Shown here: positions 9,088 to 17,725 of the stretch, one piece after another
How the letters are laid out: each line of letters starts with the position of its first letter
Numbering within the stretch: position 1 is the first letter of the stretch
Source: Sphingomonadales bacterium
GTDB lineage: Bacteria; Pseudomonadota; Alphaproteobacteria; Sphingomonadales; Sphingomonadaceae
Length of the DNA stretch: 64,000 nt
Assembly: GCA_031411035.1 (NCBI GenBank)
Contig: JANOAJ010000069.1
Span: 16,185 to 80,184 of the forward strand
Direction: 5' to 3'
Notes under the pieces: generated by a model
What the model saw: the letters and a program-made list of their open reading frames with translations, nothing else
The model's database searches: none
Told to the model about the DNA's origin: nothing
Translations under genes and position numbers: made by a program

Positions 9088-9951
9088 ATGTTTGCGATCG
9101 TTGGTATCATTGTGTTGATCGTTATGGTGTTTGGCGGCTTCGTCTTTACCGGCGGCAATCTTGGCCCGGTGCTCGAAGCCCTGCCTCACGAAATGCTGAT
9201 CATCGGCGGTGCCGGGGTTGGTTCGCTGATCATCGGCAATTCGGGCAAGGAACTCAAAGCGCTGGGCGGCGGTCTGGGCAAGGTGTTCTAAGGCCCGCAA
9301 TACAAGAAGCAGGATTATCTTGATTGCATCTTCCTGATTTCAAAACTGATGAAGATGCTCAAGACTGAAGGACCGAATGCGGTGGAACCCCATATCGAAG
9401 ACCCGTCTGCATCAGCCATTTTTGGCGAATATCCCAAGCTTCTGAAAGACAAGACGCTGATCCATCTGATCGCGGATTCGCTGCGGCTGGTGGTGGTTTC
9501 CTCCGGCAATCTTGATCCCAACGCCGTTGAGGAGGTGATGGATTGCGCCATCAAGAACCACCATCACCATATCATGAAACCTGCCGAAGGCTTGCAGGGC
9601 CTGGCCGATGCCCTGCCTGCGCTCGGGATCGTTGCGGCGGTTCTGGGCGTCGTCAAGACAATGGGGTCGATTGACAAGCCGCCCGCCATTCTGGGCGGCA
9701 TGATCGGGTCCGCGCTTGTCGGGACGTTTCTCGGCGTGCTTCTTGCCTACGGCCTTGTCGGTCCGTTCGCCAACCGCGCCAAGCAGGTGATCGAGGCGGA
9801 TGCCGCGATCTATCATGTGGCCAAACAGTTGATCATCGCGTCGCTCAACGGCCATCCCCAGCCGCTGGTGATCGAGGCCGCCCGCGCCAGCATCGAGCAC
9901 AGCAACCAGCCCAGCTTCGCCGAAGTGTTCGATGGCATGCGGGCGCGATAA
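9088..9951 (+). pseudogene. motA: Stator protein MotA interrupted by an in-frame TAA at codon 68
   Basis: ORFs 9088-9291 and 9349-9951 share a frame. Read-through gives ...GLGKVF*GPQYKKQDYLDCIFLISKLMKM..., a continuous MotA (DALPALGIVAAVLG, IGSALVGTFLG). Confidence 0.9.
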
Positions 9952-10841
9952 TGGCACAGCATGGATCAAACCAACCGCGCCCGGTGATCGTGAAGAAGAT
10001 CATCGTTGAGGGACATGGCGGGCATCACGGCGGCGCGTGGAAGGTGGCCTATGCGGATTTCGTGACCGCGATGATGGCGTTTTTCCTGCTGATGTGGCTT
10101 TTGGGGGCAACCAACGAAAAGCAGCGCAAGGCGCTGGCCGACTATTTTGCCCCCACGCTGATCCAGTCGCATCAGGATTCTGCCGGATCGGACGGCTTCT
10201 TCGGGGGAGACTCGATTGTCTCGGCTGACAAATATCCCCATCAGGCGGGCCAGACCGGCACCAAATCAATGACGATTCCTCGGGATGCCAAGGGCGGGCC
10301 GAAAGAGGCGTCCGGCCAGTCGAGCGACAAATCCAGCTTCGAGCGGCTCAAGCTGCGGCTCGAACAGAGGATGAAGGCGGACGCCCTGTTGCGTCGTTAC
10401 GGGAAGAATATCCGCTTTACCGAAACGCGGGAAGGGCTGCGGATCGATATGGTGGATGAAGCCGATTTCGTGATGTTCGCATCCGGCACGGATCAACTGA
10501 CGCCCGACGCCATGTCGCTTCTGGGGATCGTGGCGACAGTCATCAACGAAACGGACAATGCCATCATCATCCGCGGCCATACAGACGCGATGCAATATTC
10601 GCGCAGCCAGGTGACCAACAACTGGAACCTTTCTGCCACGCGCGCCGAAAGCACAAGGCGTTACCTGACTCTGAAACAGGTGTCGCCGCAGCGGTTTGCA
10701 CGGATTGAAGGCGTTGCCGACCGCGAGCCCTATATCCCCTCAGACCCGTTTGACGCGCGCAACCGGCGCATGTCGATCACGCTGGGCTGGGCATCGGAAC
10801 CCGTGGGGGAAGCCACGGCGGCTGAATCGCCGATCCGATAG
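9951..10841 (+). CDS. motB: Stator protein MotB
   Basis: GGHHGGAWKVAYADFVTAMMAFFLLMWL; OmpA-like GHTD..NWNLS..RA..NRR. Confidence 0.97.
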   Translation: MAQHGSNQPRPVIVKKIIVEGHGGHHGGAWKVAYADFVTAMMAFFLLMWLLGATNEKQRKALADYFAPTLIQSHQDSAGSDGFFGGDSIVSADKYPHQAGQTGTKSMTIPRDAKGGPKEASGQSSDKSSFERLKLRLEQRMKADALLRRYGKNIRFTETREGLRIDMVDEADFVMFASGTDQLTPDAMSLLGIVATVINETDNAIIIRGHTDAMQYSRSQVTNNWNLSATRAESTRRYLTLKQVSPQRFARIEGVADREPYIPSDPFDARNRRMSITLGWASEPVGEATAAESPIR

Positions 10842-11002
10842 CAGCCGGTGGCGCGGCATAACGCGCCCGCCCGCTCAGCATTGATCCATAATATATCCAA
10901 AATAGATGTATTACGAATAAAATCCGATTTTTTCCCCATTTTTATAATAACTATATCCAAATTGGAGTAATAAATCCAGAATTGTCGCCGATATATTTGT
11001 GG

Positions 11003-11018
11003 TTATTAAATTGTTAAC
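11003..11018. promoter_or_regulatory. Putative CtrA box in the AT-rich fleQ promoter
   Basis: TTAT-taaattg-TTAAC, one mismatch from TTAA-N7-TTAAC. Confidence 0.5.
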
Positions 11019-11067
11019 CACTTTGTTGGATTTCTCCATTGCGGCGGATGATTGATCAGCTGCAAAT

Positions 11068-12168
11068 GTGATGGAGATTACGATGGCTAGTGCAGCTTTG
11101 GCTAACAAACAAACCGCACCCCTTGTTCATGATTTGATTGTTGGCCAAAGCCCTGCCATTCTCGATCTCAAGACCATGATTGACCGGGTTTCACGGTCAA
11201 ATGTATCTGTAATGATTACCGGCCCATCCGGATCGGGAAAGGAAATGGTGGCGCGCGCCATCCACGCAGCCAGCGGACGCAGCAATAAGGCCTTCGTGCC
11301 GCTCAACTGCGGTGCCATTCCCGTGGACCTGATCGAATCCGAACTGTTCGGCCATGAACGTGGATCCTTCACCGGTGCCAGTTCGCGGCGCACCGGACGT
11401 TTTGAAGAAGCCAATGGCGGCACCATCTTTCTTGATGAAATCGGGGACATGCGGTTTGACATGCAGGTAAAGCTGCTGCGCGTTCTTGAAGATGGTGAGA
11501 TCAGCCGCGTTGGAGGCAATGGCTCCATGCCGGTTGATGTCCGCGTGATTTCGGCAACGCACCAGAATCTGGGTGCCGCGATTGAGGAAAGCCGCTTTCG
11601 CGAAGACCTGTATTTCCGTCTGGGTGTGGTTCTGATCCATGTTCCCGATCTTGCCAGCCGGGCAGAAGATATTCCGCTCCTCATCGCCCATTTCCAGAAG
11701 AAGGCCGGCGCGCGCGGCACGGCGCGCTTCAACAGCGCGGCGATCGACCGGCTGATGGCGCACCAATGGCCCGGCAATGTGCGCGAACTGCGCAATGTTC
11801 TGGAGCGGGCCAATGTGCTGCACCCAGGCGAACTGATCGGTGCGCGCGAAGTGGAGCAACTGATCGGCGTCGCAGCCAGGACCCCACGCACAGTCGTTGA
11901 ACTCCGTCCCGAACCCGTGGCCGAAATTCAGCCGGAATCGGCCCCGGCCTCTGTTGTTTTCCGGCTTCCCGTTACATCGCGCGCACCCGCCAGCGCCCCC
12001 ATTCCCATTAACCTGAAGGAATTGCTGGAAACGATGGAGCTGGAACGCATCCAGATGGCGCTCGACATGGCAGACGGCGTTATTTCCGAAGCCGCCCGCA
12101 TGCTGACACTGAAGCGCACGACGCTGATCGAGAAAATGCGGAAGTATGGCGTGGATCGCCAGTGCTGA
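11068..12168 (+). CDS. fleQ: sigma54-dependent flagellar activator, FleQ-like, without N-terminal sensory domain
   Basis: GPSGSGKE Walker A, GSFTGA, FLDEIGDM, WPGNVRELRN, C-terminal LKRTTLIEKMRKYG Fis HTH typical of FleQ. Confidence 0.85.
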   Translation: MMEITMASAALANKQTAPLVHDLIVGQSPAILDLKTMIDRVSRSNVSVMITGPSGSGKEMVARAIHAASGRSNKAFVPLNCGAIPVDLIESELFGHERGSFTGASSRRTGRFEEANGGTIFLDEIGDMRFDMQVKLLRVLEDGEISRVGGNGSMPVDVRVISATHQNLGAAIEESRFREDLYFRLGVVLIHVPDLASRAEDIPLLIAHFQKKAGARGTARFNSAAIDRLMAHQWPGNVRELRNVLERANVLHPGELIGAREVEQLIGVAARTPRTVVELRPEPVAEIQPESAPASVVFRLPVTSRAPASAPIPINLKELLETMELERIQMALDMADGVISEAARMLTLKRTTLIEKMRKYGVDRQC

Positions 12169-12171
12169 GCC

Positions 12172-12492
12172 CTATTCGACGTCGATGACGATCATCGTGC
12201 AACCGGCACTCTGCTCGCCGTCCGGCACGCGGCACGGCACGCGCCGTGCCTTCCTTGCATGAAGATGCTGATCCGGGATTTCAGGGGAGGATTTGAGAAT
12301 GAAGGGCCGCATGATCCGGGCGGTCACCCGGGCAGACACCGCCGTATGCGGAGGAGGGGACGGCGCGACCGCATCAGTGGCAGCAACCTTCGCTGGCAGT
12401 ACTATCGTCGCAGCCACAGCGAGTGGCACCGCGCACCGGATGGATGAAGTGAGCGACCAGGCCATGCCTGTATCAACGGCCATCCCGGCCAT
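12172..12492 (-). CDS. Small hypothetical protein, probably exported
   Basis: Hydrophobic/Ala-rich N-terminal segment; starts 30 bp after the DGC stop on the same strand. Confidence 0.5.
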   Translation of the reverse strand: MAGMAVDTGMAWSLTSSIRCAVPLAVAATIVLPAKVAATDAVAPSPPPHTAVSARVTARIMRPFILKSSPEIPDQHLHARKARRVPCRVPDGEQSAGCTMIVIDVE

Positions 12493-12522
12493 TGTTTTAG
12501 ACGGCGCATCCCCAGCCAGCCC

Positions 12523-13605
12523 CTAACCGGCGGTCGCCATCATCACGCAATCCCGGCCATTTCCCTTTGCCTTGTAAAGCGCGCGATCAGCGGTTCTCAA
12601 CATCACACTGACATCGCCCGTCTTGCGCAGCCAACTGACGCCCGCCGAGAATGTGACAGCCCCGATGCGTTCGCCCGTTTCCTTGTTGGTGATCCGGCGC
12701 GCGCCAAGATCCAGCCGTGCCGCATCAATAATTTCATAGGCCTCTTCGGGCGAAGTCTCTTCAAAGATGACCACAAATTCCTCGCCCCCGTGCCGCGAGA
12801 CCGATCCCTTTTTCCCGCAGCTCTCCTGGATTGCTTCCCCCACGAATTTGAGAACGCGATCCCCCATGTCATGACCGTAGGAATCATTGACGAGCTTGAA
12901 GAAATCGATGTCGCAAATGGCGAGGGACAGGGGCTTTTCATTCATGGTCGCTCTGGCCCCCGCAGCCCCCAGCAACCGTTCGAAGGCCCGCCGGTTTGAA
13001 AGCCCCGTCAGCGAATCCGTGTCAGCCTTGATCTGCGCTTCAGACAGGGACATTTGCAAATCGGTCATCGCTTGCCCGCGAAGGCGCAATTCGGATTCAG
13101 CGACCCGGGTTTTTTCGATCATGGCTCTGGTCAGCCGGATCAGGTTATCAACGGCCCTGTCGCTTTTCGCGCCCTCTTTCAGGCACATGGCGCTGCCTTC
13201 CAGCGCTTCGCCAAAGCCCTTGGCATCAACAGTCGTTTTGGTGAACAGCTCCTCGACCGCTTTCAGATTGGCTTGCGCCCGCTCCGCGATTTCGCCCAGT
13301 TCCTGTTCGGATATGCCTGCTTCCGAAGTCACGGCGCTGGTTGGGGCGTAGCCCGTATCGATGAGTTGCTCGATAGCCGTTTCAAGATGCGGCTCATGCG
13401 CGATCATGTGGCGATATACGAGCGAGTAATTTGCCGGGTTCGGTTCGATTGCATGGCGCAGCATGAAATCACCAATCGTATCGAGAATCTCGCGATACCG
13501 GGCGAGTTCGCCTTTGGGAGCCGTTGACGCGTCCTCGACGGTGCCAAACAGCCGAACGCCGACGGCCTTGATTGTGCCCGCAAGATTTATCGGAATGGCA
13601 TTCAT
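12523..13605 (-). CDS. Diguanylate cyclase, DgcB/VdcA-like (helical N-terminus plus GGEEF)
   Basis: EPNPANYSLVY N-terminal motif; DSLTGLSNRR, DIDFFKLVNDSYGHDMGD, RHGGEEF; no RxxD I-site. Confidence 0.92.
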   Translation of the reverse strand: MNAIPINLAGTIKAVGVRLFGTVEDASTAPKGELARYREILDTIGDFMLRHAIEPNPANYSLVYRHMIAHEPHLETAIEQLIDTGYAPTSAVTSEAGISEQELGEIAERAQANLKAVEELFTKTTVDAKGFGEALEGSAMCLKEGAKSDRAVDNLIRLTRAMIEKTRVAESELRLRGQAMTDLQMSLSEAQIKADTDSLTGLSNRRAFERLLGAAGARATMNEKPLSLAICDIDFFKLVNDSYGHDMGDRVLKFVGEAIQESCGKKGSVSRHGGEEFVVIFEETSPEEAYEIIDAARLDLGARRITNKETGERIGAVTFSAGVSWLRKTGDVSVMLRTADRALYKAKGNGRDCVMMATAG

Positions 13606-13639
13606 CGGTAGTGACCCCGGTTTAATTCTTCATTCATCA

Positions 13640-13666
13640 TAAACGGCGGCGCGATCGCTTCTTTTA
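13640..13666 (-). promoter_or_regulatory. sigma28-type promoter for the DGC
   Basis: Minus strand TAAA-N15-GCCGTTTA. Confidence 0.78.
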
Positions 13667-13716
13667 GTCGCGGCGAGCGCCCGTCACGCCGCGAGCAGAT
13701 GAAGTGCCTCGCACTG

Positions 13717-13743
13717 TAAAGAACTGGATGAGAATGCCGTTCT
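13717..13743 (+). promoter_or_regulatory. sigma28-type promoter for the GGDEF-EAL gene
   Basis: TAAA-N15-GCCGTTCT. Confidence 0.68.
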
Positions 13744-13837
13744 GAATGGCGGGAACACACAAATCGCCGAACGACATCACTGACGACAGCCAAACGCCCG
13801 CGCATCTGCCCACGTTCGTCAAAGGGAAGTATCAATC

Positions 13838-15853
13838 ATGAATGCAGGCACAGCAAAGAAAGCCGACTGGGCAGAAAGCCCTGCGGAAGACCTGCTAAGT
13901 GAGAGCATCCGTAACCTGCAACTCCGCATCCGGGGGGCAAGGCAACCACGAACGAGCAGCCAGGAAAGCCCGGAACGCGGGAAGTTCAGGGAACTGGAGC
14001 TGCTCAACCGGATCACCGCTGCCGCAAACAGAAGCTCTGACCCTGCCGCCACCTTGCGCGTGGCCGTCAGCGAAATCTGCAAAACCATGCGCTGGTCGGC
14101 GGGCAATGCCTATGTGACGAGCGGCATACATGGAGAGCGACATTTCCGCGCGATCGGTGCGGCGCACGTATCAATCGCGGGGGACGCGGCGCTCGCGTGC
14201 GTAACCGAAGCCAATCATGTGAAATACCGCCCCAGCATGTCCCTGCCCGGGCTGCTCCTTATCGATGCTGTTCCCAGTTGGGCCGACGCGCCTGACCGGA
14301 TCGGCCAGTTCACTGCCCGTCCGCCTTTCGATGCGCTTGCGCCAGGGCCGGAAGTGGCCGTGCCCATCAAGATCGGTGCTGAAATGGTGGGTGCCCTGCA
14401 CTTCCTCCTTTCCCCTGCCGATACGCCGGACGCGGAGATCACGTCCCTGCTGGTGTCCATTGCAGAACAGGTGAGCTGCGTCTTCGGGCGGCAGCGGATG
14501 GAAGAAAATCTGCGTCGGCGCTCGCTTCATGATCTGCTGACCGGCTTACCAAACCGGACGTTCTTTGAAGCCAGCCTGCAACAGCTTTTCGAAGCCAACC
14601 ATCTGCGCGGGGAAAGCGGCCCGACGCTGATCTTCATCGATCTGAACGGCTTCAAGGTCGTCAATGATACAATGGGGCATCAGTCCGGTGATGATGTGCT
14701 GGTGGAAGTGGCCCGGCGGCTGGCGCGGCTGGCCGCCGATTTCAATGCCACCCGGCCAACGCTCACCAGCAACGAGGACTCGATCCTGCTCGCACGGCTT
14801 GGCGGCGATGAATTCACGATGATGGTGAACGGGCCGAACAAGATTGTGGCAGCCGAAGACATTGCGCGCTCCATCCACATCGCCCTGAAGGCACCCTATC
14901 AGACCGGGGACGCCTCGATTGATATCGGGGCGAGCATCGGCATTGCCCATGATGACGGACTATACTGCTACGCCGACGAGCTGCTGCGGGATGCCGATGC
15001 AGCGATGTATGAGGCGAAGGGGCTGCCTTCGGGGCACACCGTCCTGTTTGATCAGGCCATGCGTGATAGTGCCAAGGAAGCGATACAGACCGAGGCTGCG
15101 CTTCGAAAGGCGATCGAGGCCAATGAGTTCGAGCTGTATTTCCAGCCCATCGTGCGGCTCTCCGACGCGAAGCCGGTAGGGCTGGAAGCGCTATTGCGCT
15201 GGCGTCGCAATGGCGGGGAGCTGGTCTATCCCGATTCCTTCATCGAGATTGCCGAAGAAAAGGGCCTGATCCGGGAAATCGGTAACTGGGTTCTGAAAAA
15301 TGCCTGCGAATTCCATGCCGAACTGAACCGCAATGTACCGGGATCAGGAGATCTGTTCCTGAGTGTGAACGTTTCCAGTTCCCAGTTCATCGACAGCGAA
15401 TTCGCCAACAGCGTCAAGCAGATCATCGCCGATACGCGGATCGATCCGAAAAACCTCATTCTCGAACTGACCGAAAGCGCGTCTATCGTAAATCCGATCC
15501 ATACCGCACATATACTGGAAACATTCCGTTCATGGAATTTGCGGATCGCGCTTGATGATTTCGGAACGGGCTATTCATCGCTCGGCCTGCTGCACAACTG
15601 GAATTTCGATACGATCAAGATCGACAAATCCTTCATCATGAATCAGTCCCGCGACGAGTGTAACTGGAATATCGTGAATGCCATTCTGCAGATCGGCAAC
15701 GCGATGAACCTCAACGTCGTGGCCGAAGGCATCGAAACAGACTATCAACTGGAACGGTTGCGAGACATGGGCTTTGCGCTTGGTCAGGGCTATTTGTTCA
15801 GCAAGCCGCTCAACGCGCAGGAGATTTCGGCATTCCTCCAGCCTGACCCGTGA
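13838..15853 (+). CDS. GAF-like/GGDEF/EAL c-di-GMP enzyme
   Basis: HDLLTGLPNR, ARLGGDEF, EALLRW, LDDFGTGYSSL, KIDKSF, AEGIET. Confidence 0.93.
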   Translation: MNAGTAKKADWAESPAEDLLSESIRNLQLRIRGARQPRTSSQESPERGKFRELELLNRITAAANRSSDPAATLRVAVSEICKTMRWSAGNAYVTSGIHGERHFRAIGAAHVSIAGDAALACVTEANHVKYRPSMSLPGLLLIDAVPSWADAPDRIGQFTARPPFDALAPGPEVAVPIKIGAEMVGALHFLLSPADTPDAEITSLLVSIAEQVSCVFGRQRMEENLRRRSLHDLLTGLPNRTFFEASLQQLFEANHLRGESGPTLIFIDLNGFKVVNDTMGHQSGDDVLVEVARRLARLAADFNATRPTLTSNEDSILLARLGGDEFTMMVNGPNKIVAAEDIARSIHIALKAPYQTGDASIDIGASIGIAHDDGLYCYADELLRDADAAMYEAKGLPSGHTVLFDQAMRDSAKEAIQTEAALRKAIEANEFELYFQPIVRLSDAKPVGLEALLRWRRNGGELVYPDSFIEIAEEKGLIREIGNWVLKNACEFHAELNRNVPGSGDLFLSVNVSSSQFIDSEFANSVKQIIADTRIDPKNLILELTESASIVNPIHTAHILETFRSWNLRIALDDFGTGYSSLGLLHNWNFDTIKIDKSFIMNQSRDECNWNIVNAILQIGNAMNLNVVAEGIETDYQLERLRDMGFALGQGYLFSKPLNAQEISAFLQPDP

Positions 15854-15910
15854 TGATCAGGCGCGGCGGCCCGGTTTTGCCCGGATGAATTCCGGTGAAA
15901 TCGGGGGGCG

Positions 15911-16312
15911 TCAGGCCTGAACCGCCGCCCAGGCAGTTGCCACCGATTCCACACCCTTCTGCAAGGCGGACAGCTTGCCCGCGTCCCCTGCCCGCGCCGC
16001 CTGTGACAGCTCCTTGCGCATCGAGCGATAGACTGCCGCCAGCGACACGGAGAGAGCACCCCCGGCCTTGAAATCAAGGCTCGCTTCAAGCGCCATCAGG
16101 ATCGAATGCGCCCGGTGGACTTGCGGATGCGCGGCGATCGCCCTGCCCGTCGCCAGCGTGCGCACCGCCACTTCGATCGCACGCGTCAATTCCTCATAGA
16201 GAATCGAGACAAGCCTGTGAGGGCTGGCCGCTTCAAGGCGGCTGTTCAGCTCAAGCGCCAGATACTGGTCGGCAGCCGTCACGCGGCGCGGCAAGACAAG
16301 ACTTGCGCTCAT
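15911..16312 (-). CDS. fliS: Flagellin chaperone FliS
   Basis: ASPHRLVSILYE; LEASLDFKAGGALSVSLAAVY; follows fliD. Confidence 0.9.
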   Translation of the reverse strand: MSASLVLPRRVTAADQYLALELNSRLEAASPHRLVSILYEELTRAIEVAVRTLATGRAIAAHPQVHRAHSILMALEASLDFKAGGALSVSLAAVYRSMRKELSQAARAGDAGKLSALQKGVESVATAWAAVQA

Positions 16313-16315
16313 TTA

Positions 16316-17680
16316 TCAGCTGCTCCTTGTCCAGATCTTGATCTGCTGGTCAAGATAGGACTGGGTTGCCTTCAACGCACCCACACGCGAATCCATTGAC
16401 TGATACTGGCGATTGAGGCGGTCTGCATAAGCGGCTTCCCGATCCTCCATCCGCGCACGATCCTTGGCCAGGTTGCTGGCTTCCTTGTCCAGCCGCGATT
16501 TGAGCGACGCAAGGCCGCCATCCGGGTTTGTTGCGGCTGTTACAAGCGCCTTGAAAGCACTGGAAATTCCTGGATCGGTGGTTTCGGTATGGGTGGCATC
16601 CCGCGTGGGGGAGAAAATGGCCTCAACCGCATCGGGATTGGCAGCCACGGCCGCATCGAACTTCGCGCTGTTCAGAGAAAGGGTTCCATCGCGATTGGTG
16701 GTGACGCCGATATCGGCGAGACTCTTGATCGACGGATCGCTTGTGAGAGACTGGCTGATGAAGCGTGATAGCTGCTGGTCAAGCGCGCGCAGGCTCTGAT
16801 CCCCGCCGGTCGCCGTGCGGGCGGCGGCCATATCGCCCTTCATCTGGTTATAGACGGAAACAAAATCGCCCAGCGTACTGCGCAGCGCGTCTGTCGGCCG
16901 ATTGCTGCCGATGGCGATGGCGGTGCCGGGGGCGGCTTTGCGCAAGGTAAGGGTTACCCCGGGGACCACATCGGAAAAACTGTTGCTGCCGCGCGTATAG
17001 GGAACGCCATCAAGCGTGAACGCCGCATCCTGCGCGGCCTGCGGCGTTGTCAGCGCGGCACTGGCAAAGCGGTCAAGCCCCGGATCATTGCCGGTTTGCG
17101 CCGTCAGGGTGAAGGCATTGGCTGCCCCGGTTCCGCCTTTGAGCACCAGCCGTGATCCGCCCGCGTCGGTTATGACACTGGCCTTCACGCCGCTATTGGC
17201 AGCATTGATTGCCGTGGCGAGCCCGCCAAGGCTGTCATTGCTGCTGTCAATCGTCACGGTGAAGCTTGAGCCACCAACATCCAGCACAAGGCTGCCCTGA
17301 CCAATCGGGTCGGTCGCGGTGAGTACAGTGGCAGAATAACTCGTTTGTGATTTCGCAAGCTGGGTGATTTCCATTTCGGCGGAATAGTTGCCGAGGCGAA
17401 CGCCGGGCGCCGCCGAGGCGGAAAGCGCCGTTTCGTCGCCGACACGGGGCTGGGTTTGCAGGGTTCCGCCTGAAACCACCGTAGCAAGCGTAGAGGAAAA
17501 GGTTTCAAGATCTGAACGCGCTTGCGCCACGGCGCTGATCTTTGCCTGCGATGTCCGCGCACGGGCATCAAACGCTTCCACCTTGGGCGTGCGCGAGGCC
17601 GCCGCCAGATCGCTGACAAGCTTGGCCACATCCACGCCGGAACCAAATCCCAGACTATTCGCAATCGAACTGATCATCAC
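16316..17680 (-). CDS. fliD: Filament cap FliD
   Basis: SLGFGSGVDVAKLVSDL; AQDAAFTLDG; LNRQYQSMD. Confidence 0.93.
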   Translation of the reverse strand: MMISSIANSLGFGSGVDVAKLVSDLAAASRTPKVEAFDARARTSQAKISAVAQARSDLETFSSTLATVVSGGTLQTQPRVGDETALSASAAPGVRLGNYSAEMEITQLAKSQTSYSATVLTATDPIGQGSLVLDVGGSSFTVTIDSSNDSLGGLATAINAANSGVKASVITDAGGSRLVLKGGTGAANAFTLTAQTGNDPGLDRFASAALTTPQAAQDAAFTLDGVPYTRGSNSFSDVVPGVTLTLRKAAPGTAIAIGSNRPTDALRSTLGDFVSVYNQMKGDMAAARTATGGDQSLRALDQQLSRFISQSLTSDPSIKSLADIGVTTNRDGTLSLNSAKFDAAVAANPDAVEAIFSPTRDATHTETTDPGISSAFKALVTAATNPDGGLASLKSRLDKEASNLAKDRARMEDREAAYADRLNRQYQSMDSRVGALKATQSYLDQQIKIWTRSS

Positions 17681-17698
17681 CGCACTCCTTGCGTGGAT

Positions 17699-17725
17699 TC
17701 AACGGCGCGCCTTTGGGAAGCTTTA
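17699..17725 (-). promoter_or_regulatory. sigma28-type promoter for fliDS
   Basis: Minus strand TAAA-N15-GCCGTTGA. Confidence 0.82.

Noticed and set aside
9088-9291. Independent 67-aa membrane protein upstream of a 200-aa MotA
   Set aside because: Both pieces are in one frame and the intervening codons are MotA-like, so this is one interrupted gene
9289-9291. Programmed readthrough, selenocysteine or pyrrolysine recoding in motA
   Set aside because: The codon is TAA, not TGA or TAG; no recoding element seen; TAA terminates other genes in the window normally
10880-11000. Possible CRISPR or iteron array in the AT-rich repeats
   Set aside because: Only two short imperfect copies; no spacer structure, cas or rep genes
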